Shown: piece after piece, positions 28,327 to 42,649 of the stretch | Layout of the letters: each line of letters begins with the position of its first letter | How positions within the stretch are numbered: position 1 is the first letter of the stretch | DNA from: the human T2T-CHM13v2.0 reference genome, Homo sapiens | NCBI RefSeq assembly: GCF_009914755.1 | Contig: NC_060947.1 | Length of the DNA: 64,000 bases | Reading direction: 5' to 3' (one strand) | Translations under genes and position numbers: made by a program | The notes under the pieces: model-generated | The model's database searches: none | Told to the model about the DNA's origin: nothing | Seen by the model: only the letters and a program-made list of their open reading frames with translations

Positions 28327-30814
28327 AAATCATGGAATCTTTAAAAAAGAAATTTTATTCCTGTGTTAATGTGTAGTTTTAAAGATTTGTTTAACAGTGT
28401 GTACTAATGAAGCATAATAGATACCAAAATGTTTTCATTAGGAACAAAGGTCAATTGTGCGAGAAGGAGTCACCATTTATGACCTGACAGGTTGAGGTAA
28501 TGCAGGCAGGGTAAGACAATACATGAGTAAGCAAGCCCCCCTCCCAACAGTAGTCATCATTAATAGGAACTCACTGCATTTAGGGTTAACAGATATATGA
28601 TGGGTTTGAAAATTACCAAAGTGGAACCCAGATGGATATGTAGATTTCAGTATCATTATATACTTGGAAATTGAGGAAATAGTGTAGAAAAATACATAAA
28701 CTGGAAAAAATCTTATCAGTCAAGAATTAAGTTCTAGGGACTTGCTTTGACCTCTCATTCATTCCTTTATGGCCTCTTAATTTCTCTACTTTTTCTAAGC
28801 TTCTCTCTGCATATATCTTCACTCTTATCTCCCTAAGACTAGCTTTCTCTACTTATTCATAGGTTCCTCCTTATCACTTTAGATTACATGTGGTCATCAC
28901 AACTTCTTTGGCCCTAAGTCTACCTTAAGCCTTTTGTTTATACTCAGAAAGGAGGACTCTGATTGGGCTAGCTCATCTTTTCTAATGAAACCAAGAGATA
29001 GGTTACTTGCCTGCATAGGACTTGGCTGCCCTTGGTTAAGGGGCCATCATAGCACCAATCAGTCATGTCTGGTCTGGCCATGGGGATGCATAAATAAACA
29101 AATGGTCTTACCTTTCCAACCTCTTCCTCAATCACTACCTACCCTAGGACCACAAACTCTATGTTCTATCCAAACCACTCTTTTCCACAGATACCTAATC
29201 ATTTCACTATTCACAGTGTTAACCTGCCTTTTCTCACTTCTTGAAATTTCCATCACAGAATGCATGATTAATCTCAAAGCCTCATCCCTTGCATGTCCCC
29301 ATGAAGTACTCTTTTACTTTCCTAGGAAAAGTTAACACTCTGATAGTGCTTTGTTTATGATTGAATAAGGTCACTTCTGGTATTGTATTTCCACTATGAG
29401 AGTGATGTACATGAACTATTGAATATAAAAACATACCTTTGATACCATTTTGTTGTATAGTTTATAAAAGAAAGCTATGACACCATAGGGTTATTAACAT
29501 TATATTACTTAAAGTAGTGGTAAAAACAACACACATATACACACACAAACACATACACATACATAGCACAGCCAGACTTGGCATTCTAACATCCCCACAC
29601 ATGAGAACTATCAAAGTATCATTTCTGAGCTGCGTTGTTTTTCTACTTGTGCCCTATTTCTAATAGTGGAAGAATTTTTTTTTAAAGCAAAGCTGTTATC
29701 TTTTAAACACTGGAATAAAAAAAAAATTCCATTTTCTGCATGAGTCAGTTTTTTCAGTGAATATTTTCAGCAAATGAACAAGCTCTGCATTAAATCCATG
29801 CTTTGTTTTAGTAGTTTCCTTGGGTGGACTAGTTTCACCGAATGCCATGTGTAAATTGGTCACATAGAACAAGAATTTATATTTCCACAATTTTATTTGG
29901 AACTTTGAAACTTCCATTATCTCACAGAACCCAGAAATTGAATTGAGGCTTTGTTACTAAGCCAGGTTGTAGCAACAGACTTAGGAGTCAGTAGCTCAAT
30001 TTTCTACTTCTTTGCATCAAATTTTCTCCTGAGAATGATGCATGCAATACAGAGGAATGGCAGGGAGGAGCCTCTGTGAAGTGTTAAATGTTTGGTTCAC
30101 TGGGTCCTATCAGCAGGTAGGGCCTGTGGGGAGCTTGTTTATCCAGCAGAACAATCTCATTATGAGGACAGTGATGTACAATAGTTTGCTTCATACCCCA
30201 AAACCATTCAAGGAAACGACTGAGTGAATGATATTTTTCCGGGCCCTGTATTATGCTATTATGACTTGCAATAACTGGCAGCATATTAAAACAGAAGTCA
30301 GGGACTACAGTTACTCTGTTGAATGAAGTTCTGAAATTTCAAAGGTGTTGATTATTCAGTATTTTCCAATTTACAGAATAAAAGAGTATGTGATTGACTA
30401 TTTCATGGCGCAGTAATGGAAATAAAGAAAGAGAATGAACAGGCTTGATTAATTTCAGAGTAAATGCTTATTTTTCATAATTGCATAATTCTCAAGTGGG
30501 TCTCTGTGTAGACCGGGGTGGCCTTTTCTGTCAAATACAAAGATAAGAACTTGGCATTGAAAATTAAGGAACAATAAAAAATAAATATGTGTGCATGTGT
30601 ATATATGTGTGCGTGCACATACCCTTGTCATCACTAAGGGCAAGCCACCACACAGCCTTGGTTAGCTTTGAAAATATCTATGAATACTACATTGAAAAAA
30701 TAAAGTAAGATTTGGGACAAACATCCATCTTCCTCATGACAATATGCTGGGAACAGCTGTAAGCTTAGAATAAAGTGGGGAACCCTGCTTAATGCGCTAT
30801 GCAGTAAGCTTATC

Positions 30815-30912
30815 AAATCTCAGCCCAGCTAGAACAGTGCCCTAGGATACAACAGGCACCTTGTAAATATCTGTTGAAATAAAGGATGAATCAGTGAACG
30901 AATCAATGAATG
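30815..30912 (+). mobile_element. L2 3' terminal fragment
   Basis: ctagaacagtgccc..caggcacc..taaatatctgttgaa..atgaatcagtgaacgaatcaatgaatg. Confidence 0.65.
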
Positions 30913-31819
30913 CTTCTGTCCAGAAGTGACACAGACTAAATGCTGTAAAATCATTCATCCTCTAAAATTTCAAATATTGTTGGTTGTCTGAAACATATTA
31001 AAGGAAAGGGACATGGTATGACCACTAAGTGTCTGAAGTCTTAACTTTCGAAGGATGCATCAAGAAACCCAGCTACATCTTTTCGGTAGAAAGTAGCTAA
31101 AGAAAGGATTCTGAATTGGATGAACCATGAAGTCCTAAGTTCCTCTTTAAAGCTATTTATTAACCATACAAAAACATACTTTCACTCACTGAGAATTTAA
31201 ACTTTTATTTAAATATTAGTGATTTACTGCATTAAGTGTTATCATGAGATAGCATCTGCTAGGCCAGAAAATTCATCTAGTTTTGAGTTTAATCGTTGTT
31301 AATATGCAGACTGTAAAGATAATCTCACTGGTAAACCAGTGATAAACCAGCACTTGATGATCTTTTAATTGCTAAGTAGCACTGAGGCAGCTTACATTTG
31401 GCTTTGGATTTAGTAGATATTTATATTAACAACTGGCCAGTACAGCTTTTCACGTAAGTACTTCACCTCAAATTTATCAATCCTTTAAAATATACATGAA
31501 TTTACCCCACACCCATAAGCTGCACTCTCAAAGATAGGGGAAAATAAAACCAAAAGCAACAAAGATTGAATCAATGTAATTTTCTGCTGTTTAAACATAG
31601 GTTTCTACTTACCTTGATTATTTAAAGAATGCCTGAAATCATGCCAATGAAAACTCTGGAAAGTAGAGTTTAAGGTTCAAGGCAACCTTCTTTTTTTTTT
31701 TTTTTCTGTGCTGCCATCATCTCTCACCTGAACTATTGCAGTGATCTTCTAATAGGTCTTCTTTTTGATGTCTGTCACCTACATTCTATTGTCAACCAAG
31801 CAGGCAGAGAGCCTATTCT

Positions 31820-32920
31820 TAACAGCTTTATTGAGGTATAATTGATATACAATTAATCACATATATTTAAAGTGAGCGATTTGGTATGTTTTGACATATA
31901 TATAAACTCATGAAACTATCATCACCACAATCAAGACTGTGAACATACCCATCACACTAAAAGTTTCCTCATGGCCTTTTGTAATGCTCTCTCCCTTTCG
32001 TCACTATCCCAGACAATCACTGACTCGCTTTCTGCCACTATAGTTTGCATTTTCTAGAGTTTTATATAAATGGAATCAAAACAGTATGTACTCTGTTTTG
32101 TCTGACTTTTTTCACTTGGTGTAATTATTTTGAGATTCATCCATGACATGTATAAATAATTCATTCATTTTTAACTAGTATTTAATTATATGACTACATT
32201 CATCATTTGCTTATTCACCTGTTGGTAAAATTTACATTGTTTACAATTTGGAGCTACTCTGAATAAGGCTTCTATGAACAGTTGTGTGCACGTGTATAGA
32301 CGTAGAGTTTTCTTGTCTTAGTCAAATACCTAGGAATGGAGCAGCTAGATGACGTGAAGTTAGTCCATTTGTTCTTTTATGAGTTATGCTTTTGGTGTCT
32401 TATCTAAGAAACCTTTGCCTAATCCAAAGTCACAAAGATTCTCTCCTGTCTTTTCTAAAAGTTTTATGGTTTTATGCTTTACATTTGGATCCATGATCCT
32501 TTTTAGGAAAATTTTTGTTTACAGTAGAATGTATGAATCAAAGTTTAGATTTTGTCATATGGGTACCCAAATACTCCAGCACCATTTGTCTAAAAGAGTA
32601 TCTTGTCTGCACTGAATTGCCTTTTTGCTTTGTTGAAAATCAGTGGCAAATATATGTGTGGATCTATTTCTGGACTCTAATTTTGTTACATTTATCTATT
32701 TTTCTATCTTGATGACAAGACTTTGATTATGTTTGATTAGTTTGATTATGGTAACTGTGATAAATCTTGAAATCAGGTAGCATAAGACTTCACGCTTTGT
32801 TCTTTGAAAAAGTTATTTTGAATATAGCAGGTACTTAACATTTTCATGTGAATTTTAGAATTAGTATGCCCATTTGATTGTCATTGTATTAAATCTATAT
32901 AACATTTTGGAGATAATTGA
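31820..32920 (-). mobile_element. Ancient L1M (L1MB/L1MC-like)
   Basis: aacagctttattgaggtataattgatatac...; tagtttgcattttctagagttttatataaatggaatc; decayed ORF2 motifs. Confidence 0.8.
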
Positions 32921-32924
32921 CTAA

Positions 32925-35900
32925 TTTTTTTTAAACTTCTGTTTTACATTCAGGGTTACATGTGCAGCTTTGTTATATAGGTAAATTGCGTGTCATGGGA
33001 GTTTGCTATACAGGTTATTTCATCACCAAAGTAATAAGCATAGTAGCTGATAGGTAGTTTTTCAATGTTCACACTCCTCCCACCCTCCACCCTCAAGTAG
33101 ACCTTGTTATCTGTTGTTCTATTCTTTGTATCCATGTATACTTCATGTTTAGCTCCCACTTTATAAGTGAGAACAGGCAGTATTTGGTTTTCTGTTCCTG
33201 CATTAGTTTGCTTAGGATGATGACCTCCAGCTTCATTGATGTTGCTGCAAAGGACATGATCTCACTCTTCTTTACGGCTGTGTAGTATTCCATGATGTAT
33301 ATGTACCACATTTTCTTTATCCAGTCTACCATTGGTGGGCATGTAGGTTGATTCTATGTCTTTGTTATTGTGAATAGTGCTGCGATGAACATATGCATAC
33401 ATGTGTCTTTATGACAGAACGATTTATATTCCTTTGGATATATACCCGATAATGGGATTGCTGGATCAAATGATAGTTCTGCTTTAAATTCTTTGAGAAA
33501 TCACCACACTGCTTTCCACAGTAGCTGAACTAATTTACCTTCCCACCAGATGTGTATAAGCATTCCCTTTTCTCCACAACTTTGCCAGCATCTTTTGTTT
33601 TTTAACTTTTAAATAATAACCATTCTGACTGGTGTGAAATAATATCTCATTGTGGTTTTGATTTGTATTTCTCTAAGGATTAGTAATGTTGAGCATTTTT
33701 TCATGTGCTTGTTGGCTGTGTGTATGTCTTCTTTTGAAGAGTGTCTGTTCATGTCCTTTGCCCAGTTTTGAATGCTGTTGTTTGTTTTTTGCTTGTTAAT
33801 TTGTTTAGGTTCTTTATAGATTCTGGATATTACACCTTTGTTGGATGCACAGTTTGCAAATACTTTCTCCCATTCTGTGTGTTGTATGTTTACTCTCTTG
33901 ATAGTTTGGTTTTTGCTTTTTGTTTTTTATTTTTATTTATTTATATATTTTTGCCGTGCAGAAGCTCTTTAGTTTAATTAGGTCCCATTTGTTTACTTTT
34001 GCTTTTGTTGCATTTGCTTTTGGTGTCCTTATTATGTAATCTTTGCTAGGGCCTATTTCCAGAATGGAATGTCCTAGATTATCTTCCAGAGTTTTTATAC
34101 TTTTAGGCGTTACATTTAAGTCTTTAATTCAGCTTGAGTTAATTTTTGTACATGGTGTAAGGAAGGGGTCCGGTTCAATATTCTGCATATTGAAACCAGT
34201 TATTTCAGTACCATTTATTGAATAGGGAGTCTTTTCCCCATTGCTTGGTTTTGTCAACTTTCTCAAAGATCGGATGGTTGTAGGTGTGTGGCATTATTTC
34301 TAGACTCTATTCTGTTCCATTGGTCTGTGTGTCTGTTTTTGTACCAGTGCCATGCTGTTTTGGTTACTGTAGCCTTGTAGTCAGGCTTTATTACTGGTTC
34401 AATTTCAGAACTCACTATGGTTCTGTTCTGTTATTGTTCTGTTCAAAAATATGGTTTCTCCCTGGTTCAATCACTTATAAAGGCTTGGTTTGGCTGGATA
34501 TGAGATTCTTTGTTAGAATTTTTTTTTTAACAATTCTGAATATAGGCCCCCAATCTCTTCTGGCTTGTAGGGTTTTTGCTGAAAGGTCTACTGTTAGCCT
34601 CACGGGGTTCCTTTGTAGGTGACCTGCCCCTTCTCTCTAGCTGCCTTTAACATTCTTTCTTTTATTTCAACCTTGGAGAATCTGATAACTATGTGTTTTG
34701 GGGATGGTCGTTTTGTACAGTATTGTTGCAGAGGTTCTCTGCATTTCCTGAGCTTGAATGCTGGCCTATTAGCAAGGTTAGGGAAACTTTCATGGATGAT
34801 GTCCTCAAATATGATTTTTCTTTCTGTCTTTCGGGGATGCCAGTGAGTCATAGATTTGGTCTCTTTACATAATTCCATATTTCTTGGAGGTTTTGTTCAT
34901 TCTTCTTTATTCTTTTTTCTTTATTTTTGTCTGATTGACTTAATTCAGATAACCAGTCTTCAAGCTCTTTGCTCAGCTTGGTCTATTCTGCTGTTAATAC
35001 TTGTGATTGTATTATGAAATTCTTGAAGTGAATTTTTTCAGCTCTATCTGATCAGTTTGGTTCTTTCTTAACATGTCTATTTTGCCTTCCAGCTCCTGTG
35101 TCTTTTTATTGTATTCCTTAGATCCCTTGGTTTGGGTTTCAACTTTCTCCTGAATCTCCATAATTTTCATTCCTATTTATATTCTGAATTACATGTCTGT
35201 CATTTCAGCCATTTCAGCCTAGTTAAAAACCATTGCTGGGGAACTAGCACAGTTGTTTGGAGGTAAGAAAACAGTCTGGCTCTTTCAGTTGCCAGAGATC
35301 TTGCCCTGGTTCTTTCTCATCTGTGTGGGTTGACGTTCCTTCAGTCTTTGAAGTTGCGTCCTTTGAATGGCACTTTTTGCTTTTATCTTCTGTGATGCCA
35401 GTGGGGGTTTGTTTGTGGTATAAGGTGGGTTTCAACTGGCCTCTTTTCTGGAAGATTTTAGGGGGCCACGGCTCAACACAGCACTCCTGGACTGTGTGTT
35501 CTAACTCTGAGGGACTTTTACCGGGCCCCTGCCTTTGCTCTCGAGCCCCTTGAAGTTAAGATCTTGCTGTACTGGAGGGACCTAAGTGTTCTTGGTCCAC
35601 TGGCCACAACACGCTGTTGGAGAGTGCCAGCCAAAGCGCTTTGTCCAGTGGTAGCAGTGGGATCTGTGCTCACTCGGGTGTGCCAGCAGCCACAGCATGT
35701 GTGGTAGGGTGCACATTTTTCAGCTGAGGAGGGGCACCAGTGGGGGCAGGGTTGCTGTCATCTGTGCTAGCATTTGCACCTGCAGTGGTGGGAGTAGGGC
35801 ACTTGCAGAGGCAGGGTTTCCTGTGCCCATACACAGATTCACACCGGTGGTGGCAGAAGCAGGGTTGGTAGCATCCATGCGTGTATTCGCACTGGCAGGA

Positions 35901-35940
35901 GTGGGGGCATGGTGGGGGTGGGGTTGCCAGTGCCCATCAA
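32925..35940 (-). mobile_element. Older L1P (about L1PA13-16) spanning 5'UTR to 3'UTR with two large internal deletions
   Basis: 3'UTR and ORF2 end at 32925-34381, a ~90-bp ORF2 island at 34382-34471, ORF1 (KHIVIRFSKVEIKERMLKAAREKGQVTYKG in the ORF track), then GC-richer 5'UTR-like sequence to about 35940. Confidence 0.85.
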
Positions 35941-35959
35941 GGCAATCTTCTATACTTGA

Positions 35960-36078
35960 ATTTGTTAATCATTTCACAATACATATATATGTATCTTAAA
36001 ACAAAACATCACATTGTATGCCTTAAACATATACAATTTTTATTTGTAAATTATGCCTCAATACAGCTGGAAAAAAAA
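35960..36078 (+). mobile_element. L1M 3' terminal fragment
   Basis: catcacattgtatgccttaaacatatacaatttttatttgtaaattatgcctcaatacagctgg followed by an A-run. Confidence 0.75.
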
Positions 36079-36849
36079 CACATGCAAAGTTACATAAATA
36101 TCCCCATGATTTTTTCCTCAAGTTATCACCCCTTTTTTCTTACTTGAGTCTGAGAGTGTTTATGAAAATGCTATGAAAATGAAGAAGTACTAAACCGATA
36201 ACATGGATGGATATTATTATATGTATGACAAAAATGAGAAGGAAAGGTCCTGAAGGAGGTACACAGATACATTTTTGTAATACCCTGAACAAAATGCAGT
36301 ATGTCAACAGATACCAATCATAATAGATATATGATTACACATATGAATGTAGATTAATGCCCAAAACAGTTGTATGTGAAGCTAATCTGTTTACAATATA
36401 TTATATATTTCATGAGACTTCTCTGATAAAAATAGACTTGGCATCACTTAAAAAATGGTTCTAACCTTTTTAAAAGTTCTCACTTAGAAATTCACTTGGC
36501 GGAGCAGTACACAAGCTGTGTGTGTCTAATTTTCCTCTACAATCTCTGTAAGAAGTTAATCAAATAGGCAATTAATCTGTATGATATTATTCATGTGAAA
36601 GCATATGCATATTAAAATACACAACAGACTTCATTCTTATTTTCCTTAAATTTTTCTCTAATGCCAGGGGCTTGAATGTCCAGCAGAGCTCACAATATGA
36701 AAAGGATACATGGCAGTGCTTTTGTTGCACATACCAGAAAGTACAAGCAATAACGTTCTGCTGTATAAACACCTGTAATGAAGGCAGAAAATGTGTAGTA
36801 AGCTAACAAACAAGACTTTGACCCCAACAACACTTATCTCTCGCCTTGA

Positions 36850-37430
36850 ATCTGCTTTTGCTCCTCATTTCCATTAATAGTGCCACAATCTTCTCTGGAA
36901 TCCTGATTTGAAATCTCAGAGTCATCCTAGACTCCTTCTCCTCCTTCATCTCGCCCTTCTGATCAATTTCAGCATCCTGTTGATTCTGACTACAATTCTT
37001 CCCACATTTCCTTGTCATATCCTTTGCTACTTCTTTTTTTTTTTTGTAACCTCTATTTTAAGAACTTTCTGAGTTGTCTCCTTACTCCTAGCTATCCCCT
37101 TCCAATCCATCCTTGATATTGTCCTGAAAGTGATATTTCTAAAATGTGAATCAGATAATAACACTTCGTTTGCAGACATTTACCACTGTCAACATTGGTT
37201 TTAGCAGTGGGTTTCAAAGTGTCATCCCTGGACCAGCAGCATCACCTGCTTTGTAGTAACTACTTTGTAGTAACGCAGATCCTTAGGTCCCAATCCAGAC
37301 CTTCTGAATCTGAAACTCTGAGAGGGGAGCACAAAACTCTGTGTTTTAAAAAGTCCTCCAGGTGATTCTGATGCACACGAAAACTTGAAAACTACGGGGC
37401 TACAGAATTAAGTTCAAGTTTTTTGGCATG
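36850..37430 (+). mobile_element. L2 fragment interrupted by MER5A
   Basis: aatctcagagtcatcctagactcc...tcctgttgattctgac...gatatttctaaaatgtgaatcagat; resumes at aattaagttcaag. Confidence 0.6.
37204..37397. mobile_element. MER5A hAT MITE
   Basis: cagtgggtttcaaagtgt..ggaccagcagcatcacctg...tgaatctgaaactctg...cctccaggtgattctgatgcac. Contains an internal duplication of ctttgtagtaac. Confidence 0.82.
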
Positions 37431-38750
37431 GTGTCTTGCCAAACCTGTCTTTTCTGCACTTATTTTCACCTCCTTACACTCTTCTGTACTCCTCACCACT
37501 CCACTATTTCAGAACCTTACCATATACTGTCCTATTAACTGGGATAAACCATTGGCTTGCAATTTTCTCTTCCAAATTATCAGGTTTTGAACGAAGCACA
37601 TTTTTAATTTCATCTCTTTCTTAAATCCTTTTTGATCTTCCTAGACATATTTCCTGCTCCATTATTTCATCTGTGAAATGGAAAACAGTTCTGGGTTGAG
37701 AGGTAAAACAAACTTCTTGCTTTGTGTTTCCTCAGTAATGTTATCTTTGCTCTCAGAATTTATTCGTTTTTCTTGTGCTATACATGGTTTTTGACAAGTC
37801 TGTTCCCACTTATAGATGATATCTTCAAGGGTGATGCAAGTCTCAGTAATCTTTGTCATAGAAGAGTGAGTTGCACATCATATGCGGTCTATAACATGTT
37901 GTCTCACACCAATATATGACTTGAACTTTAATGCATGATTATTTTATATGTTCATTGCTGAAAACAATCCATTAGTCCATTTGGGATTGTTATAAAATTT
38001 AAAGACCTTTTGTAACTTACTATCTTGAAAAGTGTAATTCTGTTCTTTTGTCTGCTCTAAAACAAAAACAAAATAAAAGTAAATCTGTGCCTTGAACCCT
38101 GTTACTTTCTCTTTAAAGGATCAATTTGCTGGCTGGGTGTCCTGCCATCTAACAGGCCTTCCCTGTGAGGCTCCTCTAAATTGGGAAAAGGATTAAATTT
38201 TATCAGTGTTTGTTTGGTCTGTTGCTCATCATGTTGATATTTAATCCAGTGTCCAACAAGTGTCCCAAAGGAATAAAATGCCTGAAGCTGGCAATACTTT
38301 TTGACCTATCTGTCTGAACATATTCCTATCAGTTTTTACCCAAATAGAGGGTTTTCCAGGAGACATACATGAGCTAAATAAACAATATAATAGTAAGCTT
38401 AATTCAGTAAACTATGTTTAATATATCAACAAGGATTTATTGAGTTCTGAAGTACACTCAATTTTGTGAAATCAAATTATTCTGAGTTAGAAAATTGTAT
38501 CACTTTGCAATATTATAAAGGAAAAATGCATACTGCTATTTTTTAATTATCAGGGTTAAAAATATCTACAAACAATAGTTATAAGCGATTGTGTTAACAC
38601 CAAAGATATACATTTTCAATACTCATTTAAGTGAACAGTTATTTAGTTAATCACTAATTTATTCAACACACATTTATTGATTGCCTATTGTGCCCCAAAT
38701 ATATATAGATATGGAAATAGCTCTAAATTTATAATTAGAGCTAAATGAGG

Positions 38751-38882
38751 TTTTTTTTTCTTTTTTAAAGATAGGGTCTTGCTATGTTGCCCAGACGAGA
38801 CTAGAACTCCTGGGCTTAAAGAATCCTCCCACATCAGCCTTTTGAGTAGCTGGGACTACAGGCACATGCTGCTGGGTCCAGT
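38751..38882 (-). mobile_element. FLAM (Alu monomer)
   Basis: T-tail, then gggtcttgctatgttgcccag..aactcctgggct..agtagctgggactacaggc; single monomer. Confidence 0.8.
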
Positions 38883-38889
38883 TTGAGAT

Positions 38890-39003
38890 TTAGATATGTA
38901 GATGATAGATACATAGATAGATAAACAGATAGCTAGGCAGATATAGAAATAGAGATAAAGATAGAGAAAGATAGAGATAGATATAGAGATGGCGATAGAG
39001 ATA
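38890..39003. repeat. Degenerate (GATA)n/(GATAGA)n
   Basis: Read directly. Confidence 0.8.
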
Positions 39004-39755
39004 CGGTAAAGTCCCACTTCTCAGAGTACACCACACTTCAGTGATCAATGAAATACATGTAAGCAAATAATGATTTAATATGATACATGCTAATGAAAGT
39101 ATGTATTAACTAAAGAACATAGGGTAACTAAATAGTCAAAAGAATGAAAAAAGTCTTCAAAGTCAAAGATGGACCATATGTACCAAGATTTTACCTATCT
39201 GCATCAGTTTCTTATGCGAAGGCTAATAAAAGAAAATAAGAATCCAGATTTTCTTGTAGGATGACGTGCATCTGTTTGTGTTTGCTGAAATAGCAGGGCT
39301 TTTTCTGCTCCTGTTCAGTGTGGGAATGGAAAGCAGAACATCCCCTGTGTTCCATGTACTGTGTTAGGTACTTTCTCATGTCACTTCTAAACACTAAGAG
39401 AAGTAAAAAAAGAAGATTCAAAAACAAGTCTTAAGCTGAATTTACTTAATGCAAGGCAGGAATAACATGATCCCACACAGATGCATGGGACCTTCAGATT
39501 AACAGTTAAAGAATTGTTCAGAGAAAATTAACCTAAAACATTGAGGATTTGTTCACATATAGACACATACAAGGAAGAGCAACCCTTATGAAGACTTTTT
39601 CTCAGGCCGAAGTCAAGTGTAGAGCTTTAAAAAGGCAAACTTAGAAGTTTGGGTTTGTTTGTTTGTTTCTCCAACAACAAGAGTTGCTGCTGCAAAGTGA
39701 GAGTCGCTCTCCCTACTTTTTAGTTATTATTCCAAGATATCTATCCAAGTAGACA

Positions 39756-40126
39756 CAGGTTGAGTATCCTTTTTTTCTGAAATGCTTGGGACCAGAAGTG
39801 TTTTGGATATCAGATCTTTTTCAAATTTTAGAATACTTGCATATACAGTATATAATGAGATATCTTGGAAATGGGACCCAAGTCTGAACATAAAATTGAT
39901 TTATGTTTCATATATAGCTTATACACATAGCCTGAAGGTAATTTTATATTTTCCTTGGGGATGCTAAATAAATTGTGTTCTGTGAATCTACATTTTGACT
40001 GTAACCCATCACCTGAGGTCAGGTGTAGAATTTTCCATTTGTGGCATCATGTTGGCTGGCACTCAAAAAGTTTTGAATTTTGGAGCATTTTGGGTTTCGG
40101 ATTTTCTGATTAGGGATGCTCAACTT
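39756..40126. mobile_element. Tigger4b/MER46-type DNA transposon
   Basis: TIRs caggttgagtatcc ... agggatgctcaac; internal aaatgcttgggaccagaagtgtttt. Confidence 0.85.
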
Positions 40127-41152
40127 TACTTTAAAGTAACATAATTTATCCTTCTATAAATATAGTATTTTGTTTTCATATTAGTATGCAACATGTATAA
40201 ATTATATCATTAGACTTTTTTGAAAGAATTCAAACTTCAAGTTTGTTACCATGAACATATTTTTAGCTTTTACATAGGTAGTAACAGTGACTTAATTAAA
40301 AATACTTTTTCTACTCTTATTTGAATATATTGATAATAGCCAATATATGTAGTTTTCTTCATAGTACATCAGTAGTGAAGGAATTACTTCTGAATCTTAA
40401 TTCCATTACTGTCTTCATATATGCTCCCAGAACTTTATGAGAGGTAACAAAAATGAATGAATATGGTACTTCTTACTCCCACTCCCCAATGTAACTTCAT
40501 GGCTTCCTTCATAAACTCCCATTGGCTGTGAAAGAACGTGTACTGCAGAGATATGTTGAACTGGAGTATTTCCATAGAATCCTCCCATCAGGGAAGGAGA
40601 GTACCAATAGCAAATTTTCTGAGAGAGACTTACAGAAGGGTATTTTATTCCGAAAGGGAGAAAAACAGATTAAGTACTACCAGCATCCACAATTACCTGA
40701 TGATAATTTTAAAAAACAATAACAATAAAAGTTATATGAATTACATACAATTAATGTGTACTGAAATCAACAGTGTCTAGAAATATGCTTTTGGAATGAT
40801 TGTTCCCAAGCCAACAAAGCTTGTGTGCTGAAGTAAGAAAAAACTGAATGGATCAACAGCAATTCTGTTCATCAAGAGTTAGATTTTAAGTTATCACATA
40901 TCCTTTTAAGATTTGAAAAGTCTCACTACACAAGGTTAAAAAATATACTTTGTGGCTATATTTTTAAAGTCTTTATTCACAAGGGGATACATACTGACGT
41001 ATTTGGGGATGAAATATCATTATGTCTCTAATTTCTTTTCAGCTGGTTTAGAAACAATAATACAATATAGAAGGTGTGAGAGAGAACATGTGTGCAGATG
41101 AGGCAAACCGTTAACAAAGGAAAAAAATATATCTCCTTCATCACTTCTTTCA

Positions 41153-41586
<434 letters not shown>

Positions 41587-42649
41587 TTATTGAACCATTT
41601 TAAGTTTATTTTTTAACAGGATGCATTTAGTTTAATGGTAGTAAAACCTCCTAAGCCATAGATCCTCCCTCTGTTTCCATATTGAAATGAACACCAAGTG
41701 TCTCTAATGTCGTCCAAAGTGCCATTTCTTCATTTTGCCTCTAACTTTTCTTTGGCACATGACGTTGAACTGTATGAAACTTTTTTCCTGACTGATATTT
41801 AGGTATGGAATAAGAGTAATTTTCAGGAATATTTGTGATTTTCTTCCAACATTTTCTCAGAAAGCATATTCTGAAAGTGTGTAGTAATATCTATATGCAT
41901 TCCCAACACAACTCTCTCTCTATTCTCTTGATCTAATTTGTTACTAACTTTTTAAAACTTTCTAGACTAAATCTTTTTGCTTACCTTCAAGCATTTTGTT
42001 TTATACTACAAATCTTCTGAGACTCGAATAATTTTATCTTACTGTTTATATACTGCTAACTTGAAGGTATTTCAGCCTTTTTCACTAGCAGCGATACCCT
42101 CCATGACAGATAGTCAGTTATATTAACTTGATTCTATTGTAATTTACATAGTGGTAAAACAAAATAATTTTACACTTATAATCAAAATTATAACTGTTTA
42201 AAAAATTACCACCTAGGATTCATTTTATGTAATGGGAAAATATACAAAACTGTTTTGATAAATATTATATGCAATTATATAACTTGGACATCTCTGTGTA
42301 GTTTTTTCCTCCTGTTTAACGTGGTATGCCAGCTCTACAGTAGTCATGACAGGAATTATGACAATGACTCAGACATTGATGGTGCCCACCAAGCTTCCAG
42401 CATATTTACTCTAGATAGTACCTCAATACAGCCCTTTTGTAAAAATTTTAAACCCAAATTTGGTAATTGAAATGAACTAAATCAAAGAATGCTGTGAAAT
42501 TGACACCTTTATTAAAAAACAATATGTGACAGTAGGGAGAATTAATTCTAGGTTCAGATAAAGCTGGGTGAGAACCCCAGCACTCACCCTTATTAGCTGG
42601 CATGGAGTTTCTTCAACTGTATAATTTGGTAATTCAGTTGTTTATTTTG

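Noticed and set aside
27961-28344. 127-aa ORF with a CCHC-like region, and similar ORFs at 7062-7664, 13947, 33093, 50446
   Set aside because: Fragments of the L1 ORF2p C-terminus in truncated elements; no full ORF or promoter.
34600-34878. ORF1p-like ORF as a domesticated gene
   Set aside because: Short and frameshifted, within a decayed L1.
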